From assembly GCA_903878805.1 (NCBI GenBank), contig CAIRJF010000032.1:1584-65583 (forward strand): a stretch of DNA of 64,000 nt, given 5' to 3'. Numbering within the stretch: the first letter of the stretch is position 1; every line of letters starts with the position of its first letter. The notes beneath the pieces are model-generated. The model ran no database searches. It was given only the letters and a program-made list of their open reading frames with translations, and was not told where the DNA came from. The position numbers and the translations under genes are program-made. The stretch is from an uncultured Verrucomicrobia subdivision 3 bacterium (GTDB taxonomy: Bacteria; Verrucomicrobiota; Verrucomicrobiia; Limisphaerales; UBA11358). Below, piece by piece: positions 38,795-47,870 of this stretch.

Positions 38795-38837
38795 AAAAAA
38801 CCGGCGTTCCCGTTTTGCGACGGAAACGCCGGTTTTA
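38795..38837 (-). terminator. Intrinsic terminator between sufC and parE
   Basis: aaaaaa ccggcgttcccg tttt gc gacggaaacgccgg tttt: a long stem with one mismatch and a T-run on the minus-strand side. Confidence 0.7.
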
Positions 38838-38847
38838 TTGATCGAAA

Positions 38848-39606
38848 TTACTGCTTTAAGATTGCCTCGTAGCCGTTGGCTTCGAGTTCCAGCGCGAGTT
38901 CCTTGCCGCCCGATTTCACGATGCGGCCATCCGCCATGACGTGAACGAAATCGGGAATGATGTGGTTCAGCAGGCGTTGATAATGCGTGATTACAAGCTG
39001 GCAGGAATCGGGACGACGCAATTTGTTGACGCCGCTGGAAACAATTTTCAGCGCGTCAATGTCCAGACCGGAATCCGTCTCGTCGAGAATTGCGAGCTTC
39101 GGTTCGAGCACGGCCATCTGGAAAATTTCCGCGCGCTTCTTTTCGCCGCCGGAAAAACCTTCGTTGACCGAGCGCTTGAGCAAATCTTCGTTGAGGTCGA
39201 GCAGTTTGATTTTGTCCTTCACGAGCGCGAGAAATTCAATCGCGTCAAGTTCCTGCAAGCCGTGATGCTTGCGAATTTCGTTCAACGCCGCTTTCAAAAA
39301 ATAAGTGCTGTTCACACCGGGAATTTCCACCGGATATTGGAACGCGAGAAACACGCCTTCGCGGGCGCGCTCTTCGGGATCGAGTTCCAGCAAATCTTTG
39401 CCAAGATAAGTCACCGTGCCCTCGGTCACTTCGTAACCATCGCGCCCAGCGAGAATCGCGGCGAGCGTGCTCTTGCCGGAGCCATTCAGTCCCATCAACG
39501 CATGGACTTCACCCGCGTTGATTGTCAGGCTGAAGCCCTTGAGGATTTTTTTATTTTCCACGCCCGCGTGGAGGTTTTTGATTTCAAGAATAGGTTGCTT
39601 GCTCAT
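38848..39606 (-). CDS. sufC: Fe-S cluster assembly ATPase SufC
   Basis: LMGLNGSGKSTL, FSGGEKKRAEI, AILDETDSGLD, ITHYQRLL. Confidence 0.95.
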   Translation of the reverse strand: MSKQPILEIKNLHAGVENKKILKGFSLTINAGEVHALMGLNGSGKSTLAAILAGRDGYEVTEGTVTYLGKDLLELDPEERAREGVFLAFQYPVEIPGVNSTYFLKAALNEIRKHHGLQELDAIEFLALVKDKIKLLDLNEDLLKRSVNEGFSGGEKKRAEIFQMAVLEPKLAILDETDSGLDIDALKIVSSGVNKLRRPDSCQLVITHYQRLLNHIIPDFVHVMADGRIVKSGGKELALELEANGYEAILKQ

Positions 39607-39667
39607 TTTCTAAAAAATTATTTTAACCGAAGGTGGATGCAAAAACAGATAAAATCCGTGTCATCAA

Positions 39668-41116
39668 TTAACCGACGCTGCCTTCCAAACTGACGCCCAG
39701 AAGTTTTTGCGCTTCGACGGCGAATTCCATCGGCAGTTCCTTGAACACTTCTTTGCAAAAGCCGTTCACAATCATGTTCACCGCGTCTTGCGTGGCGAGG
39801 CCGCGCGAGTTGCAGTAAAAAATCTGGTCTTCGCCAATCTTTGAGGTCGAGGCTTCGTGCTCGACGCTCGCCGTGGTGTTTTTCACTTCGATGTAGGGAA
39901 ACGTATGCGCGCCGCATTTGGCACCGATGAGCATCGAATCGCACTGCGAAAAATTGCGGGCGTTTTCCGCGCTCTTGCGAATTTCCACGAGGCCGCGATA
40001 ACTATTTTGTCCGCGACCAGCGGAAATCCCCTTTGAAATAATGGTGCTTTTCGTGTTCTTGCCGATGTGAATCATCTTCGTGCCGGTATCGGCCTGCTGC
40101 ATATTGTTCACGACGGCGACGGAATAAAATTCGCCCTTCGAGCCATCGCCCAGCAAAATACAGCTCGGATATTTCCAAGTGATCGCCGAGCCGGTCTCGA
40201 CTTGCGTCCAGGTGATGCGCGAGTTTTTGCCTTTGCACAAACCGCGCTTCGTCACGAAATTGTAGATGCCGCCGACGCCATTTTCGTCGCCCGGATACCA
40301 ATTTTGAACGGTCGAATATTTAATGGAAGCGTCGTCGTGCGTGACGAGTTCGACGACCGCCGCGTGCAACTGATTTTCATCACGCATCGGCGCAGTGCAA
40401 CCTTCGAGGTAGCTGACGTGTGCGCCTTCATCCGCGATGATTAGTGTGCGCTCGAACTGGCCGGACTTCGCGGCGTTGATGCGGAAATAAGTCGAAAGCT
40501 CCATCGGACAACGCACGCCTTTCGGGATGTAGCAGAACGAACCGTCGGTGAAGACAGCGGAATTCAGCGCGGCATAATAATTGTCCGTGTAAGGCACGAC
40601 CGAGCCGAGATATTTTTTGACGAGGTCGGGATGTTCATGAACCGCTTCGCTGAATGAGCAGAAAATAATCCCCTTCTTGGCCAAATCTTCGCGATACGTT
40701 GTGCCCACGGAAACAGAATCAAAAATCGCGTCCACCGCCACACCTGCCAAACGGCCGCGTTCGCGCAACGGAATGCCGAGCTTCTCATACATCTCCAAAA
40801 GTTTTGGATCCACTTCGTCCAAACTTTTTGGTGCGTTGGCTTTCGGTTTCGGCTGCGAAAAATAGCTGATGTCCTGAAAATTAATTTTCGGATACTTGAC
40901 GAACTGCCACGTCGGTTCCGGCATTTTCAGCCAGTATTGATAAGCCTTGATGCGCCAGTCGGTCAGCCACGCAGGCTCATTTTTCTTTGCGGAAATATGG
41001 CGGATGGTTTCCTCGCTCAAACCCGGCGGCGTGGATTCAGTTTCGACATCGGTGACGAAGCCGTATTTATATTCCGTCTTGACCAAATCTTCGATTGTCT
41101 CGGTGGCGGTGCTCAT
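39668..41116 (-). CDS. sufB: Fe-S cluster assembly protein SufB
   Basis: End-to-end SufB-like (..[22 protein letters not shown].., ..[20 protein letters not shown]..). Confidence 0.95.
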   Translation of the reverse strand: MSTATETIEDLVKTEYKYGFVTDVETESTPPGLSEETIRHISAKKNEPAWLTDWRIKAYQYWLKMPEPTWQFVKYPKINFQDISYFSQPKPKANAPKSLDEVDPKLLEMYEKLGIPLRERGRLAGVAVDAIFDSVSVGTTYREDLAKKGIIFCSFSEAVHEHPDLVKKYLGSVVPYTDNYYAALNSAVFTDGSFCYIPKGVRCPMELSTYFRINAAKSGQFERTLIIADEGAHVSYLEGCTAPMRDENQLHAAVVELVTHDDASIKYSTVQNWYPGDENGVGGIYNFVTKRGLCKGKNSRITWTQVETGSAITWKYPSCILLGDGSKGEFYSVAVVNNMQQADTGTKMIHIGKNTKSTIISKGISAGRGQNSYRGLVEIRKSAENARNFSQCDSMLIGAKCGAHTFPYIEVKNTTASVEHEASTSKIGEDQIFYCNSRGLATQDAVNMIVNGFCKEVFKELPMEFAVEAQKLLGVSLEGSVG

Positions 41117-41125
41117 GTTCGTAAA

Positions 41126-41554
41126 TTATTTCTTCTTCGCGCAATCTGCGCAGACGCCGTGAATGGCGATGTCAAAGTGGTCAGCCTTAAAACCTTTGGG
41201 CAACTTCATCGCCTGTTGCGGCAAATCCACGTCAAAAACCGTCGCGCAAACGTCGCAATGAAAATGGCCGTGCTCATGCATGTTCGGACAATAGCGCGTC
41301 GCGCCGCGATCCAAAGTAACTTGGCGGGCGAGACCGCTCTTCACGAGCGCATCGAGGCAATTGTAAACGGTGGCGTGAGAAATTTCTGGCATCGCTTTTT
41401 TGGCGCGCATGAAAACTTCCTCGGCGGTCGGATGGTCGCGCTTGTGCAATAGCACATCATAAACCTGCTGGCGCTGCGGCGTGAGCCGCAAGCCGGTGGC
41501 GCCCAACTGTTCAGTCAGGTGCAGTTCGTCTTCGTGGTGGCTGCGCGCCTTCAT
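41126..41554 (-). CDS. Fur-family metalloregulator (Fur/PerR/Zur type)
   Basis: LRLTPQRQQVYDVLL (winged helix), HATVYNCLDAL, HFHCDVC...HGVCADC (two CxxC pairs). ATG 41554 preferred; the track start 41590 is a TTG. Confidence 0.8.
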   Translation of the reverse strand: MKARSHHEDELHLTEQLGATGLRLTPQRQQVYDVLLHKRDHPTAEEVFMRAKKAMPEISHATVYNCLDALVKSGLARQVTLDRGATRYCPNMHEHGHFHCDVCATVFDVDLPQQAMKLPKGFKADHFDIAIHGVCADCAKKK

Positions 41555-41592
41555 CGCGGAAAAATTTACCGCAGAGAAATGGCAAGTCAAGA

Positions 41593-41609
41593 TTTAGAAT
41601 AATTCTAAA
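41593..41609. promoter_or_regulatory. Perfect 17-bp AT-rich palindrome upstream of the fur-sufBC unit (candidate Fur-family operator)
   Basis: tttagaat a attctaaa, 39 nt upstream of the preferred ATG. A TTGACT hexamer (41590-41585, minus) and TAAATT 16 nt downstream could be -35 and -10 elements. Confidence 0.55.
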
Positions 41610-41655
41610 GTGTGGTGCACAGCCACCAGCCGGCAGCAGCCTGATGCCGGGGAAA

Positions 41656-42240
41656 TTATTTCTGAAAAACGTGGACGCGGGCGGGCGGTAGATTCCACCA
41701 GACAATCTGGGAGGCGAGCAGCCGGAAGTCGTCCGCGCCCCGGCTGCGGTCTTTGACGATATGGTAGCTATATTGCACGAGGCGTCCGCGTGGTTCGAGG
41801 ATGGTGCGGATTTTTTGCGCCAGTTCGTCGGCCTGCGCCTTGGGAAAATTCAGCAGGGGCAGGCTGGAGATGACTGCGCCGACGCAATTGACCGGCTCCG
41901 GCATTCCAGCGAGCAAAGTGTCAAGCTGCCAGGCGTCGCCGGTGATGATGCGGGCGCGCGGGAATTTTTTCTGGAGCAGCTTGGCGAGCGCAGGGTTGTG
42001 TTCGATGGCGATGAGGCGGTCCTCGCGCAAACCGTATTTCAGCAGCGCGTCGGTGACGGCGCCGGTGCCGGGGCCGAGTTCAAGAACATAGCTTTCCGGA
42101 TTGCGCGGCAGCCACCGCGCCATGGCTGCGCCAAGCTGTGGCGAACTGGGCGCGACCGAGCCGGTGCGCTGCGGATTGACGAACCATTCGCGCAGGAACA
42201 GGGTCGAATCCGACAGGGCGGCGATGATTTTTCTGGCCAT
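41656..42240 (-). CDS. Class I SAM-dependent methyltransferase (phospholipid N-methyltransferase/COG3963-like)
   Basis: VLELGPGTGAVTDALL (motif I), LIAIEHNPALA, ITGDAW. Overall layout resembles PmtA-type enzymes. Substrate is inferred only. Confidence 0.55.
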   Translation of the reverse strand: MARKIIAALSDSTLFLREWFVNPQRTGSVAPSSPQLGAAMARWLPRNPESYVLELGPGTGAVTDALLKYGLREDRLIAIEHNPALAKLLQKKFPRARIITGDAWQLDTLLAGMPEPVNCVGAVISSLPLLNFPKAQADELAQKIRTILEPRGRLVQYSYHIVKDRSRGADDFRLLASQIVWWNLPPARVHVFQK

Positions 42241-42301
42241 GTTCTTTCTGACTTTGGCGGAGTGTAATTCATCCGTTTCCATTTGCAGCAAAGAAAAATT
42301 G

Positions 42302-43066
42302 TTACAATTGCGGAACGCGTTTGAATTTTTCATTGAACGCGTTCCGGAGCGCGGCGCGGCGCTCGCGCCATTCCGCCCAGTCCGCCTCCCATGCGAGGCC
42401 GGTGAAATTGGTCCGGGCAGCGGGCCAGAGCGCGTCCAGATTTTTCATCGTGGTTTCAAATGCTTCCGGCTCGTGCCATTTCAACTGCGCCTCGGCGAGG
42501 TTGAGCTGGTTGCCGGGGTAATCCGGCGCGAGGTCGGCGGCGCGTTCGAGCCATTCGCGCGCCTGGTGTTTGCTGCCGACGCTGAACGGCCAGCCGGGTG
42601 CCTGAAAATAAAGTTCACCGAGATTACGCGCCGGGCCCGCATGGTCAAAGCGTTCATCCAGCCCGACGACAATCTTGAATTCCCGTTCCACTTCAAAAAC
42701 GAGCCGGTAAGCGGCGAGGGACGGCGCCTCAGCATCGGCCAGCTCGCCCAGGTTCATCGCCAGATAATAATGGCCAGCCGCCGAATCTGGTTGGCTGGCA
42801 AGCAAACGGCGGCAGGTGGCAATGCCGGCACGCGCAATCTCCCCGCGTTGCGCCGCGTTGGTGGCATACGCGCAAAAATCAAAGGCCGTGCGCGCAAAAT
42901 TCCACGCGTTTGTGGCGTTGTCCGGTGCGGCTTGCCACTGCGCCTGTGCTTGAAAAAATTCCTTTTGCGCGCGCTCGGCAAAAATACGGTTCGCGGCGGA
43001 TTCCGCCATGACCGCCACCGCCAGCAGCATGATGGCGACTAAAATCGTTGGCAAAATTCGTTTCAT
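42302..43066 (-). CDS. Secreted TPR-like repeat protein
   Basis: Signal peptide MKRILPTILVAIMLLAVAVMA. Helical-repeat composition (..GHYYLAMNLGELA.., ..WLERAADLAPDYPGNQLNLAEAQLKW..). Confidence 0.55.
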   Translation of the reverse strand: MKRILPTILVAIMLLAVAVMAESAANRIFAERAQKEFFQAQAQWQAAPDNATNAWNFARTAFDFCAYATNAAQRGEIARAGIATCRRLLASQPDSAAGHYYLAMNLGELADAEAPSLAAYRLVFEVEREFKIVVGLDERFDHAGPARNLGELYFQAPGWPFSVGSKHQAREWLERAADLAPDYPGNQLNLAEAQLKWHEPEAFETTMKNLDALWPAARTNFTGLAWEADWAEWRERRAALRNAFNEKFKRVPQL

Positions 43067-43124
43067 CAGCGACACGCGGTCAATTTGAAGTTGCCATCGT
43101 GACCGAGTATTTTATACTGGGCAA

Positions 43125-43337
43125 GTGAGATTAAACTGGAATCTTCCGCGCCTGGCTGTGTTAGGGCTGCTGCCACTGGCGGCAGCCGGATGCAGCGGGG
43201 TCAATTCCAGCCAGAGCGTTTCGCCGCTGGATTTTTTTCTGCCGGGGGCGGGGCATATTATCCAAGCCAATCCGCCGGCGACCAATCCGCCCAGTTCGTT
43301 CCCGGAAATCTCAACCGAAGTTGCCGTTCTTAAATAA
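43125..43337 (+). CDS. Small putative lipoprotein (70 aa)
   Basis: MRLNWNLPRLAVLGLLPLAAAGCSG has a lipobox. Ends 3 nt before hpnH. No homolog recognised. Confidence 0.35.
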   Translation: MRLNWNLPRLAVLGLLPLAAAGCSGVNSSQSVSPLDFFLPGAGHIIQANPPATNPPSSFPEISTEVAVLK

Positions 43338-43340
43338 ATT

Positions 43341-44756
43341 ATGCGTTTCCCATTCGCGCTGACGAAGAAAATCGCCAGCCATATCATCAAACATAAAATT
43401 CGCAAGACACCCAAGTTCGCCATGGTCTTGCAACTCGAACCGTTGCACACCTGCAACCTGACCTGCACCGGTTGCGGACGCATCCGCGAATATTCCACGT
43501 CGCTCAAAGACATGGTGCCATTGGAACAATGTTTGCAAGCGGCAATCGAATGTGACGCGCCGATGGTTTCCATTTGCGGCGGTGAACCGCTGATTTATCC
43601 GAAGATCGAAGAACTCATCAACGGTTTGCTCGAACAAGGCCGCGTGCTTTACATCTGCACGAACGGTATGTTCATGCGCAAAAAAATGCGCGATTACCTC
43701 GCCGCGATTTATTCACCAGAACTCGAGCCGACGCTGAAAAAATTGCTCGAAGGGAAATTAATCACGGACAAAGAAGCCGAAGTCATCCGCAAATCCGACG
43801 ACGCGGCGAAGAAAAAAGTCGTCATCCGCCCGACGCAATGGATGTATTGGAACGTCCACGTGGACGGTTTGGAATTCACGCACGACCTCATCGTTGAACG
43901 CGAAGGCGTTTTCAAGGAATGTGTCGAAGCTATCAAGATGGCGAAAATTTGCGGCTATCAAGTCGCCACGAACACCACGGTCTATCGCGAGACGGACGTC
44001 TCGGAAATCGAGGACATGTTCAAGTATTTGAGCTCGCTCGAAGTGGACGGCCACACAATTTCGCCCGGCTACGATTACGATGCGGCCAAGAAAGACATGG
44101 TTTCGCGCCTCGGCAAAGATCCGAAACAATTCTTCCTGACGCGCGACATGACGCGGCAGAAGTTTGCGAAGATTCAAGAATGGGGCAAAGCGTTCACCAT
44201 TTTTGGCACGCCGGTTTATCAGGAATTTCTCGCGGGCAAACGCGAATTGACCTGCACCGCGTGGGCCATTCCGACTTACAACGTCAAGGGTTGGAAAGCG
44301 CCGTGCTACTTGATGACCGATGGCCATTACGCTGGCTATCAGGAAATGTTGTCCAAAGTTGCGTGGGAAAAATACGGCGTCGTCAACGGCGTCGCCCGCG
44401 ACCCGCGCTGCGAACATTGCATGGTGCACTGCGGCTACGATCCGAGCGGCGCGCTCGGCACGAACTACCAATCCGGCGACAACTGGAAAAATTTCAAATA
44501 TAACTTCGGTGCGAAACCGAAGCCGTTTCCGGCCTCACCGGAATTGGCCAAACGCGCTTTCAACGGCGCAACCATCGGCAAAGGCCATTTGGCTGAGGCG
44601 AAAGCTATCATCAATTCACCCGCTGCCGGCGCGCGTGGTGCGTTCGCGAATGAAGTCCATCATGAAGCGCACGTCGCCAGTCATTGCGGCACGAGTGACA
44701 CGACGGAACGCGATGAGTTGCTCGCGAAAATCAAAGACGTAAAGAAAGCGGAGTGA
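43341..44756 (+). CDS. hpnH: Adenosyl-hopene transferase (hopanoid radical SAM protein HpnH)
   Basis: LEPLHTCNLTCTGCGRI, VSICGGEPL, WNVHVDG, VDGHTISPGYDY, and a C-terminal Cys-rich DUF3463-like region (CTAW..GWKAPCYL..CEHCMVHCGYD). Identified from my recollection of the HpnH family. Carries an about 45-aa lysine-rich insertion and a C-terminal extension. Confidence 0.75.
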   Translation: MRFPFALTKKIASHIIKHKIRKTPKFAMVLQLEPLHTCNLTCTGCGRIREYSTSLKDMVPLEQCLQAAIECDAPMVSICGGEPLIYPKIEELINGLLEQGRVLYICTNGMFMRKKMRDYLAAIYSPELEPTLKKLLEGKLITDKEAEVIRKSDDAAKKKVVIRPTQWMYWNVHVDGLEFTHDLIVEREGVFKECVEAIKMAKICGYQVATNTTVYRETDVSEIEDMFKYLSSLEVDGHTISPGYDYDAAKKDMVSRLGKDPKQFFLTRDMTRQKFAKIQEWGKAFTIFGTPVYQEFLAGKRELTCTAWAIPTYNVKGWKAPCYLMTDGHYAGYQEMLSKVAWEKYGVVNGVARDPRCEHCMVHCGYDPSGALGTNYQSGDNWKNFKYNFGAKPKPFPASPELAKRAFNGATIGKGHLAEAKAIINSPAAGARGAFANEVHHEAHVASHCGTSDTTERDELLAKIKDVKKAE

Positions 44757-44795
44757 TTTTTCCCGCTGCCGAAAATTCAGTTTTCCGAAATTCAA

Positions 44796-46247
44796 ATGAG
44801 CCGAACTCTTTTTCTTTCACCTCCGAGCTTTGACGGTTTTGATGGTGGCGCCGGTGCGCGTTATCAGGCGCGACGCGAAGTCACGAGCTATTGGTATCCG
44901 ACCTGGCTCGCACAACCAGCCGCGCTGACGCCCAATTCCAAATTGATGGATTGCGCGCCGCACAACATTGACCTCGCCAAATGTCTCGCCGAGGCCAAGA
45001 ATTTTGACCACGTCATCATCAACACCTCCACACCGTCGCTGAAAAACGATTGCAAGGTGGCTGAAGCCATCAAGGCGCAGAAGCCGGATACGAAAATCGG
45101 TTTTGTCGGTGCGCACACGATGGTGTTGCCGACAGAAACGCTCAAAGCATCGCCCGCGATTGACTGGGTTGGCCGCAAGGAATTTGATTTTACTTGCAAG
45201 GAAGTAGCGGAAGATCGCGACCTCGCGACGATTGCCGGTTTGTCCTACAAGAACAAGGACGGCAAAATCATCCACAATCCCGAACGGGAAATGATTTCCG
45301 ACATGGACACGCTGCCGTGGGTGGCGGACGTTTACAAACGCGATTTGGAGATCGAAAAATATTTCATCGGCTACCTCCAGCATCCGTATGTTTCAATGTA
45401 TACCGGCCGCGGCTGTCCGGCGCAGTGCAGTTTTTGTTTGTGGCCGCAGACCATCGGCGGACACAAGTATCGTGTCCGCTCGCCGCAGAACGTCGCCGAC
45501 GAAATGGCCTACATGAAGAAAATTTTCCCGCAGGTGCGTGAATTTTTCTTCGACGACGATACCTTCACAGCAAATCTTCCGCGCGCACGCGAAATCGCCA
45601 AGAAGCTTGGTCCGCTCGGCGTGGATTGGAGTTGTAACAGCCGCGCGAATCTGGATTACGACACGATAAAATCTTTTAAAGACAACGGTCTGCGTTTGTT
45701 TTTGGTCGGTTACGAAAGCGGTAACGACGAAACCCTCACGCGCATCAAAAAAGGCGTGACCACCGACGAAATGCGTCGTTTCACCAAAGATTGCCACAAG
45801 GCGGGCGTCGTCATTCACGGCACCTTTATCCTCGGGTTGCCGGTCGAGACTAAAGAAACGATTGAGCAAACCATCAACTTTGCAAAAGAGTTGGACGTCT
45901 TCTCGCTGCAAGTTTCGCTCGCCGCGCCGTATCCCGGCACGGAACTTTACGAACAAGCCAAGCTCAACGGCTGGTTTGTAAAAAAAGACAAGGGCGATAT
46001 TTTGCACGCGGACGGCTTGCAGCAAAGCACGTTGGAATATCCCGGCGCGTCGAAGGAGGAAATTTTTGAAGCCGTGGATCGTTTCTATCGCACCTACTAC
46101 CTGCGTCCGAAACCAATCCTGCGCATCATCAAAACCATGCTTGAGGATAAGGACGTCATGGTGCGCCGCTGCCGCGAGGGTTACGAATTCTTCAAGAGCC
46201 TCAGCCAGCGCAAGAACGATCTGGCCGCCGCCCGCGCTGCCGCATAA
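44796..46247 (+). CDS. hpnJ: B12-binding radical SAM protein, hopanoid-associated HpnJ type
   Basis: N-terminal LFLSPPSFDGFDGGAGARYQARREVTSYWYPTWLAQPAAL matches the HpnJ signature as I recall it. Radical-SAM motif GRGCPAQCSFCLWP. Confidence 0.7.
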   Translation: MSRTLFLSPPSFDGFDGGAGARYQARREVTSYWYPTWLAQPAALTPNSKLMDCAPHNIDLAKCLAEAKNFDHVIINTSTPSLKNDCKVAEAIKAQKPDTKIGFVGAHTMVLPTETLKASPAIDWVGRKEFDFTCKEVAEDRDLATIAGLSYKNKDGKIIHNPEREMISDMDTLPWVADVYKRDLEIEKYFIGYLQHPYVSMYTGRGCPAQCSFCLWPQTIGGHKYRVRSPQNVADEMAYMKKIFPQVREFFFDDDTFTANLPRAREIAKKLGPLGVDWSCNSRANLDYDTIKSFKDNGLRLFLVGYESGNDETLTRIKKGVTTDEMRRFTKDCHKAGVVIHGTFILGLPVETKETIEQTINFAKELDVFSLQVSLAAPYPGTELYEQAKLNGWFVKKDKGDILHADGLQQSTLEYPGASKEEIFEAVDRFYRTYYLRPKPILRIIKTMLEDKDVMVRRCREGYEFFKSLSQRKNDLAAARAAA

Positions 46248-46266
46248 AATTATTTTTACAACCACG

Positions 46267-46292
46267 GCGCGTCCGCAATGACGCGCTTTTTT
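46267..46292 (+). terminator. Intrinsic terminator of hpnJ
   Basis: gcgcgtc cgcaat gacgcgc tttttt. Confidence 0.7.
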
Positions 46293-46341
46293 ATTTTCAG
46301 AATTAAAAATTCCTTGCGGCGTCACGGCTGCTGCGCCGTGC
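46275..46341 (+). repeat. 67-nt direct repeat, copy A (downstream flank of the porin gene)
   Basis: gcaatgacgcgcttttttattttcagaattaaaaattccttgcggcgtcacggctgctgcgccgtgc. Differs from copy B by 4 substitutions and 2 single-base indels (hand alignment). Confidence 0.9.
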
Positions 46342-46379
46342 TAGTTTGGTGAAATTTGGAGCGCTTTTTCTTTGCCGAT

Positions 46380-47676
46380 TCACCACCAAACTTCCATCTG
46401 CATACCCCAAGTCAATCCACTGGTATCGTTCATGAAATCATTGCCACCGACTTCGCCCTTGAAGCTGTCGGTCCACGCCGCGTAAGTCACATAAGCGCGC
46501 AGCACCGGCCGGCTGAAAAATTTATTTCCCAAGGATACTTGCGGTGCCAGCGTGAGTTTGTAAAGCGTGCCGCTACGATCGATGCCCGAATCAATCACAT
46601 GATCCACGCCCGGCTCAAGAGCGAGACTGAAGAAATCATTGAAGTGATAAATCGGACGGACACCCGCCGAAAGCCACTGCACGTTGCCTTGGGAATTATC
46701 GTAGTCCGTGTATTGATAAACGGCTGCCGGACTGATGGAGAAGTGCGACCACGGCTGGGCCACGAAACTTTCTGTCGCGCGGAAACGCCACGAGTGTGGC
46801 TGGTCGGGAATGATATAAGTGCCATTGGTCGTCGCCGCCGTCTCATAACCGGAGGTGAAAGTTTTGGCCGCGCCATTGCCCAACTGCAGGGAAAACGTAT
46901 TGACCCCGTCGTCGCTCAGAAATTTTTCATGCGTGTGGATGAAGGTCAGGGCGACGCCGCGCGAATCGGGAGCTTTCTGGCCGAGGGCATTTTCCCCGCT
47001 ATTTTCCGCGGCAAACACCAGTCCGAATTCGCCTTTGCCCCACGGCACATCGAGATCGTAGAGGCTCAAGTCGAAACTTTGTTTGCTGAAGCCGGCTTGA
47101 TTTTTCAGATCCGGCTCGACGGCGATATCGGATGAATAAATACCGCTTTGCGCGCCATTGCCAATCCAGGCCAGCGCCAGTTTGCCGAACGAAGTTTCAT
47201 AATCTTCCACGCCACCGCCTGCGCCGCTCATGTTGTAAAAAAAGAAATCGTTGATGTGAATGTCCTGTCGGCGATAGAAACGATCGCCCGCCCAGAATTT
47301 CATTTCCGGCTGCGCGGCAGTGACGTTGCCAATTTCCGCCCAAGCTTCCGGCAGCGAAGTCTGGAAGCTGCTGCTGGAACCGGAATTGCCATACGGATCA
47401 TAGAAATGCCATTCCACGTTCAGCGGCAGCCGTTGCAGAATTGGTGCTGACGAGCAACACGGTATTCGTTGCGCAATTCGTCGCCACCGCCGTCTCAATT
47501 TTCTCCAACCGCGATTCTAGCACGCGGATGCGTTGCTCGTAATCCTGTTGCATCTGCTGCATTTCGTGGCGGATTGCCTCCACTTCCGGATTGGGCGCGA
47601 CAGGCGTTTGCGCGCAGACCAAGTTCGTTGAATTAAGAATCGCTACCAACGCGATGGGCAAAAGGCGTGTTTTCAT
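46380..47676 (-). pseudogene. Maltoporin (LamB)-family carbohydrate porin, apparently frameshifted near its 5' end
   Basis: Frame B (46380-47498) carries KFWAGDRFYRRQDIHINDFFFYNMSGAGGGVE, FGKLALAW and the C-terminal ..TWGMQMEVWW (compare LamB ..FGAQMEIWW). The signal peptide MKTRLLPIALVAILNSTNLVCAQ and a coiled coil are in another frame (ATG 47676, stop at 47398). Confidence 0.6.
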
Positions 47677-47803
47677 GGCGCATAAAGTTGACCACACACA
47701 GATTGATTTGGGGAACATTTCTATGATTTCACCCGCCGGTCTGGCCGTCAATCCCTGAAGCTCATTGCCCCAATAATCCTGCTCCACTCCGCCAAGCACG
47801 CCC

Positions 47804-47870
47804 GCGATGACGCGCTTTTTATTTTCCGAATTAAAAATTCCCTTGCGGTGTCAAGGCTGCTGCGCCGTGC
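47804..47870 (+). repeat. 67-nt direct repeat, copy B (upstream flank of the porin gene, includes the 3' end of the lipoprotein gene)
   Basis: gcgatgacgcgctttttattttccgaattaaaaattcccttgcggtgtcaaggctgctgcgccgtgc. Confidence 0.9.

Noticed and set aside
43125-43337. Small ORF upstream of two radical-SAM genes as a possible RiPP precursor
   Set aside because: The radical-SAM enzymes look like the hopanoid enzymes HpnH and HpnJ, not peptide maturases. The small ORF has a lipoprotein signal (LAAAGC) rather than a leader/core layout, and there is no protease or exporter. I kept it only as a low-confidence lipoprotein.
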